NCBI GenBank assembly: GCA_013265495.1
Contig: MU059330.1
Location: forward strand, 13,959,980 to 14,023,979
Reading direction: 5' to 3'
DNA from: Vicugna vicugna
Taxonomy: Eukaryota
DNA: 64,000 nucleotides
Position numbers and translations under genes: made by a program. Below, one piece after another: positions 60,700-64,000 of this stretch (position 1 is the stretch's first letter; the number at the start of each line of letters is the position of its first letter). A model generated the notes under the pieces. That model did no database searches, was not told the origin of the DNA, and worked only from the letters and a program-made list of their open reading frames with translations.

Positions 60700-61270
60700 C
60701 CATTCCTGAAACTCTGGCTGGTGTCAATGGGGTTTCTTTTTTTCTCCCAAGTCGCCAAAATGTCGGTCTGTGCAGAAAGCTCGCTGCCTGCCAGGGCCAC
60801 TGCAATTCGATTCAAAATAAAAATCCTATAGAACTGAAGCTGGGGTAAACGCTTTTTCTTACTCTCCCTCAACAAAGCTGAATGGAATAATTGAGATCAA
60901 ATCCTCCCCTTCAAAAGCACAGTGGGCTGAGAACCGTCTGTGCCAAGTGTCGGCCTGAGATAATCCCCCGGCTGTCACTCTAAGCCCCATGAAAGGCCGT
61001 CACCCACAGAGGCGCTGACGCCACCAGAAGCACTCAGGACAAACGACATGTGAGTTCTCTTTAATTTTATTCTGAAGGTGAAAGGGCTTGGCCGCTGAGC
61101 CGCATTGAATAGTAGACTCACGTAAATGCTGTTAGCAGTCAGCTTCTTGTTAGGACAACGCTCTTCCTCTCACATGTAAAAATAAAATCCAAAAACTCAG
61201 ATTCAAACTAAATGTTCAAAAGCCCCGGTTTCATCATCCAATTTAAGCTCAATATGTGCAATTGACATTC
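60700..61270. other. AT-rich unique island, possible conserved non-coding element
   Basis: Non-repetitive-looking and AT-richer than its flanks, with 'aacaaag', 'aataattg' and 'ttaattttatt' motifs. Function inferred only. Confidence 0.3.
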
Positions 61271-62275
61271 CTAACTCGGCACCTGTGGGGCTCTCAGCCT
61301 CGCACCACCCCCCCGGCTGCGGAAGCCCGTCCGCCTGCTCTTCTACACAGGACTCAGCTGCCACCGTGAGACCCTGCGGTCCCCCCGCCGGGCCGGTGCC
61401 CCACCACTGCCTTCGTCCCCACACAGCCACGCTGGGTTCATTCACCGTGGCCTCAACTTTCCAAACCACGCTTCATCGCTGTCCGTGTCTACTTGCCGAA
61501 ATCTGCTCCGCGTCTCAGAAAGACCCCGAGGCCCATGCAAAGGGCTGCCTCGGCTTCCGCCTCACGCTCCGCGCCCCTTCTTTGGTCTCCGCTGTTCCCA
61601 TGCTCCTGAGGCTCTCAGGCTCTGCCTCGCGACCTCCGGGACCCGGGGCTGCGTCTAGTCCGGGGCAATCAGTCCGCCTGCTCCACCCACGACTCTGCTG
61701 TCTCACCCACCACTTCCCTCCTTGATGGACACCCAGCTTCTCACAACTGCAAGACACACTCCTCCTCCTCTGTGGGGTTTCTCCGGGGTGTGCTCCAAGG
61801 AGCGAGCTCCTGGGTCACAGGCGTGTGCATCTTCACTTCTGGTGTTTGCACACGGGCTCCCCAATGGGCTGCGCTCAGCCCGCACTCCACAGCAGGCTGG
61901 CCTCCAGCTCCGGCCTCGGCGGGCCCTCGGGCTGGGGCACAGGGGCGCATCTCCTGGGTACCAGCAGGCGCGAGCGTCTCTCTGACCCCGCTCGCCCACG
62001 AGCGTCCCCGTCTGGGGACTGCCTGTGTGCGTGTTCCCCGCAGTGCGGGTCCCTCTGCTTTCTCAGAGCCAAATAGAAGTCCTTATGTTATCAGAGGAGG
62101 CTAGTTTTTCTAACCACATTCACCATAACCATCTTTTTGCCCAGTTGTGGCTTTTATTTTCAGCTGGTTTAAGGTGAGGCTTTTCCAACGTAGTTTAAAT
62201 GTCTCTCGTTGGCTTGTGCTTTTGCTGAACTTAGTAAGGAATTCTCCTCTACCTCAAAGTCGTTAAGATAATCTC

Positions 62276-62598
62276 CAGAGAAAGACACACACGACAACAC
62301 TTACACGCGGAATCTAAAAAAGCAACACGATCTTATCTATGAAACGGAGGTAGGCCCCCCCACACAGAACACGAACTTGCGGTCCCCAGAGGGGGAGGTC
62401 GGGGAGGGTGAAGGAGGAGCCCGAGGTGAACAGACACACACACTGAGCGACGGCCAGGCCTGCCGCACAGCGAGGGAACTGCCTTCGGGGTCTTGCAATG
62501 GCCCAGAGTAAGGAAAGGTGTGACAGAGAGCACACGTGTGTGTAACTGAGCCACGTTGCTGGCGCACAACACTGCAAGTCAACTGTGCTTCAGCAAAA
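62276..62598 (+). mobile_element. Artiodactyl/camelid L1 3' end, heavily GC-shifted
   Basis: 'cagagaaagacac...ttacacgcggaatctaaaaaa', 'gtaactgagccacgttgct' and terminal 'caacactgcaagtcaactgtgcttcagcaaaa'. Confidence 0.85.
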
Positions 62599-62699
62599 CA
62601 TTGTTCATACGTCAGATAAAATAAAACTGTCAAAAAAGGCAATCTGCAGTTTTTACCTTAAAGGTTACACTTCCCACGTTGAGCCACGTATTCACTTGT

Positions 62700-62810
62700 G
62701 TCTTTTAAAACTGTGGTAAAATGAACGTAATGTAAGATCTGCCGTTTTAGCCCTTTCTAAGTGTACAGCCCAGCGGCATTTAGCCCATTCTCCCCCTGCG
62801 CCGCCTCACA
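62700..62810 (-). mobile_element. L1MB-type terminal fragment
   Basis: 'tgtggtaaaatgaacgtaatgtaagatctgccgttttagccctttctaagtgtacag' matches the antisense L1MB end. Confidence 0.65.
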
Positions 62811-64000
62811 GGCTCTCTCCTCTCCCCACCAGACTCGTTCCTCCAAGAGACTGTGACTGTGACGGACCGTCCCCCGAGAGCCCTGGGACCAGATAATTGC
62901 ACATCCCTGTCCTCGGGGGGCTGGCCCTCAGGACACCCGTGCATCCTCAGTGATCAGTGACAGGCAGCACCCGGGAGCCAGGAGGGCTGCGCTCTACCCC
63001 TCCGACCTGCCAGGTGACGAGTGAGGCCGGGCGCCACCACATGGGGAGGCTCTGACTCTGACAGGACCCAGCTCGCCTGGAGGAGCTTCCGCTGAGAAAG
63101 GGCGCCTGGCGGCGAAAGTGAGCCGCGGTGGCTGTAGGTGAGGGCGCCTGCGGGCAGGTTTCTGTTTTTCTGGAGCAGGGATGAGACGCAGCTGGTGCCC
63201 CGGGTGGGCAGCAAGGCCACCATGCAATTGGTCAGGGGCCGGTCCACAAGAGGAGGATGAGTGCCGGCCGGCCTGGAGGTGTGAATGGTGTCCTGGCACC
63301 GGGAGGGGTGGCTTCGAGGACAGCCCCGCCCTGGGGTCCCAGGAGACAGGGGCCTCCATGGATACCCCAGCAGTATCTTCACACGCAGCTGGTGGGGCCA
63401 CTGCGTGGCCACAGCTCCCCCTGGTTTGCCAACAGCGACAGTCTCCTCGGGATAGGCGTCCGTGACACATCCGGCCAGTGGAGGCAGAGTGTCCACCTGT
63501 GGTGAGGCCACCCGGCTCAGAACATGCCCCAAATGGACCAGCAGTGTTGGGGACATCTCTGGACCGACTCGCGGTGCCGGGGAAGAGCCGTCTGGCCAGG
63601 CCAGCTGGGGACGGCTGGGGACCCCTGACTGAGCCGAGGCCGGACGCGCTCGCCGCCCTGTACTGCACCTCTCCCGCCAGCCCAGCCCCCCGGCCATGTC
63701 CAGCCTGTCCCAAGTCACGTCACTCCAGTGAGTTCCGTCAGACCGTGGAGACAAAGCCATCAGGGAGACGTCCCCAGAGCCAGTGGCTGAGGCAGGCAGG
63801 CCCCTGTGGGGCCTGGAGAGGCCCATCCCAGGAAGAGGAACCATCCAGGGTCTCCCAGGGCCCCTGCAGCTCACCCTGCAGAGTCCGCACAGCGGCACGT
63901 GGGCAGAGCAGCCAAGGATTCAGGGAGCAGGTGGCCATTCCGGGCTGCGGACTGGAAAACGGGTCATGAGGCCTGGAGCCTGCTCAACTGTTGGCATTTT

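Overview
GC-rich mammalian non-coding DNA (about 60-65% GC by eye), most likely from a camelid (Camelus/Vicugna/Lama). The species call rests on five copies of a tRNA-derived SINE that I recognise as the camelid Vic-1-type family, plus camelid-type L1 3' tails. I found no credible protein-coding exon, RNA gene or CRISPR array. The many six-frame ORFs are Pro/Gly/Ala/Arg-rich products of high GC, or relics of transposable elements (TEs). The window looks like a gene desert or very large intron in a subtelomere-like isochore. It contains old L1 fragments, MaLR/ERVL LTRs (MLT1, MLT2), four ERV1-type solo LTRs (three of one family, one MER41-like), a MER82-like DNA transposon, SINEs, micro- and minisatellites, several CpG-rich patches and several AT-rich unique islands that look like enhancers. 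The strongest signal is a patchy, one-directional A/T->G/C rewriting of TE relics. It is visible by comparing copies within the window, has created CpG-, GC-box- and G4-rich patches out of SINE, L1 and LTR sequence, and is consistent with local GC-biased gene conversion (gBGC). I do not see a new gene system. Repeat subfamily names come from remembered consensus sequences and need RepeatMasker/Dfam confirmation. Element boundaries are approximate unless a target-site duplication (TSD) is given.
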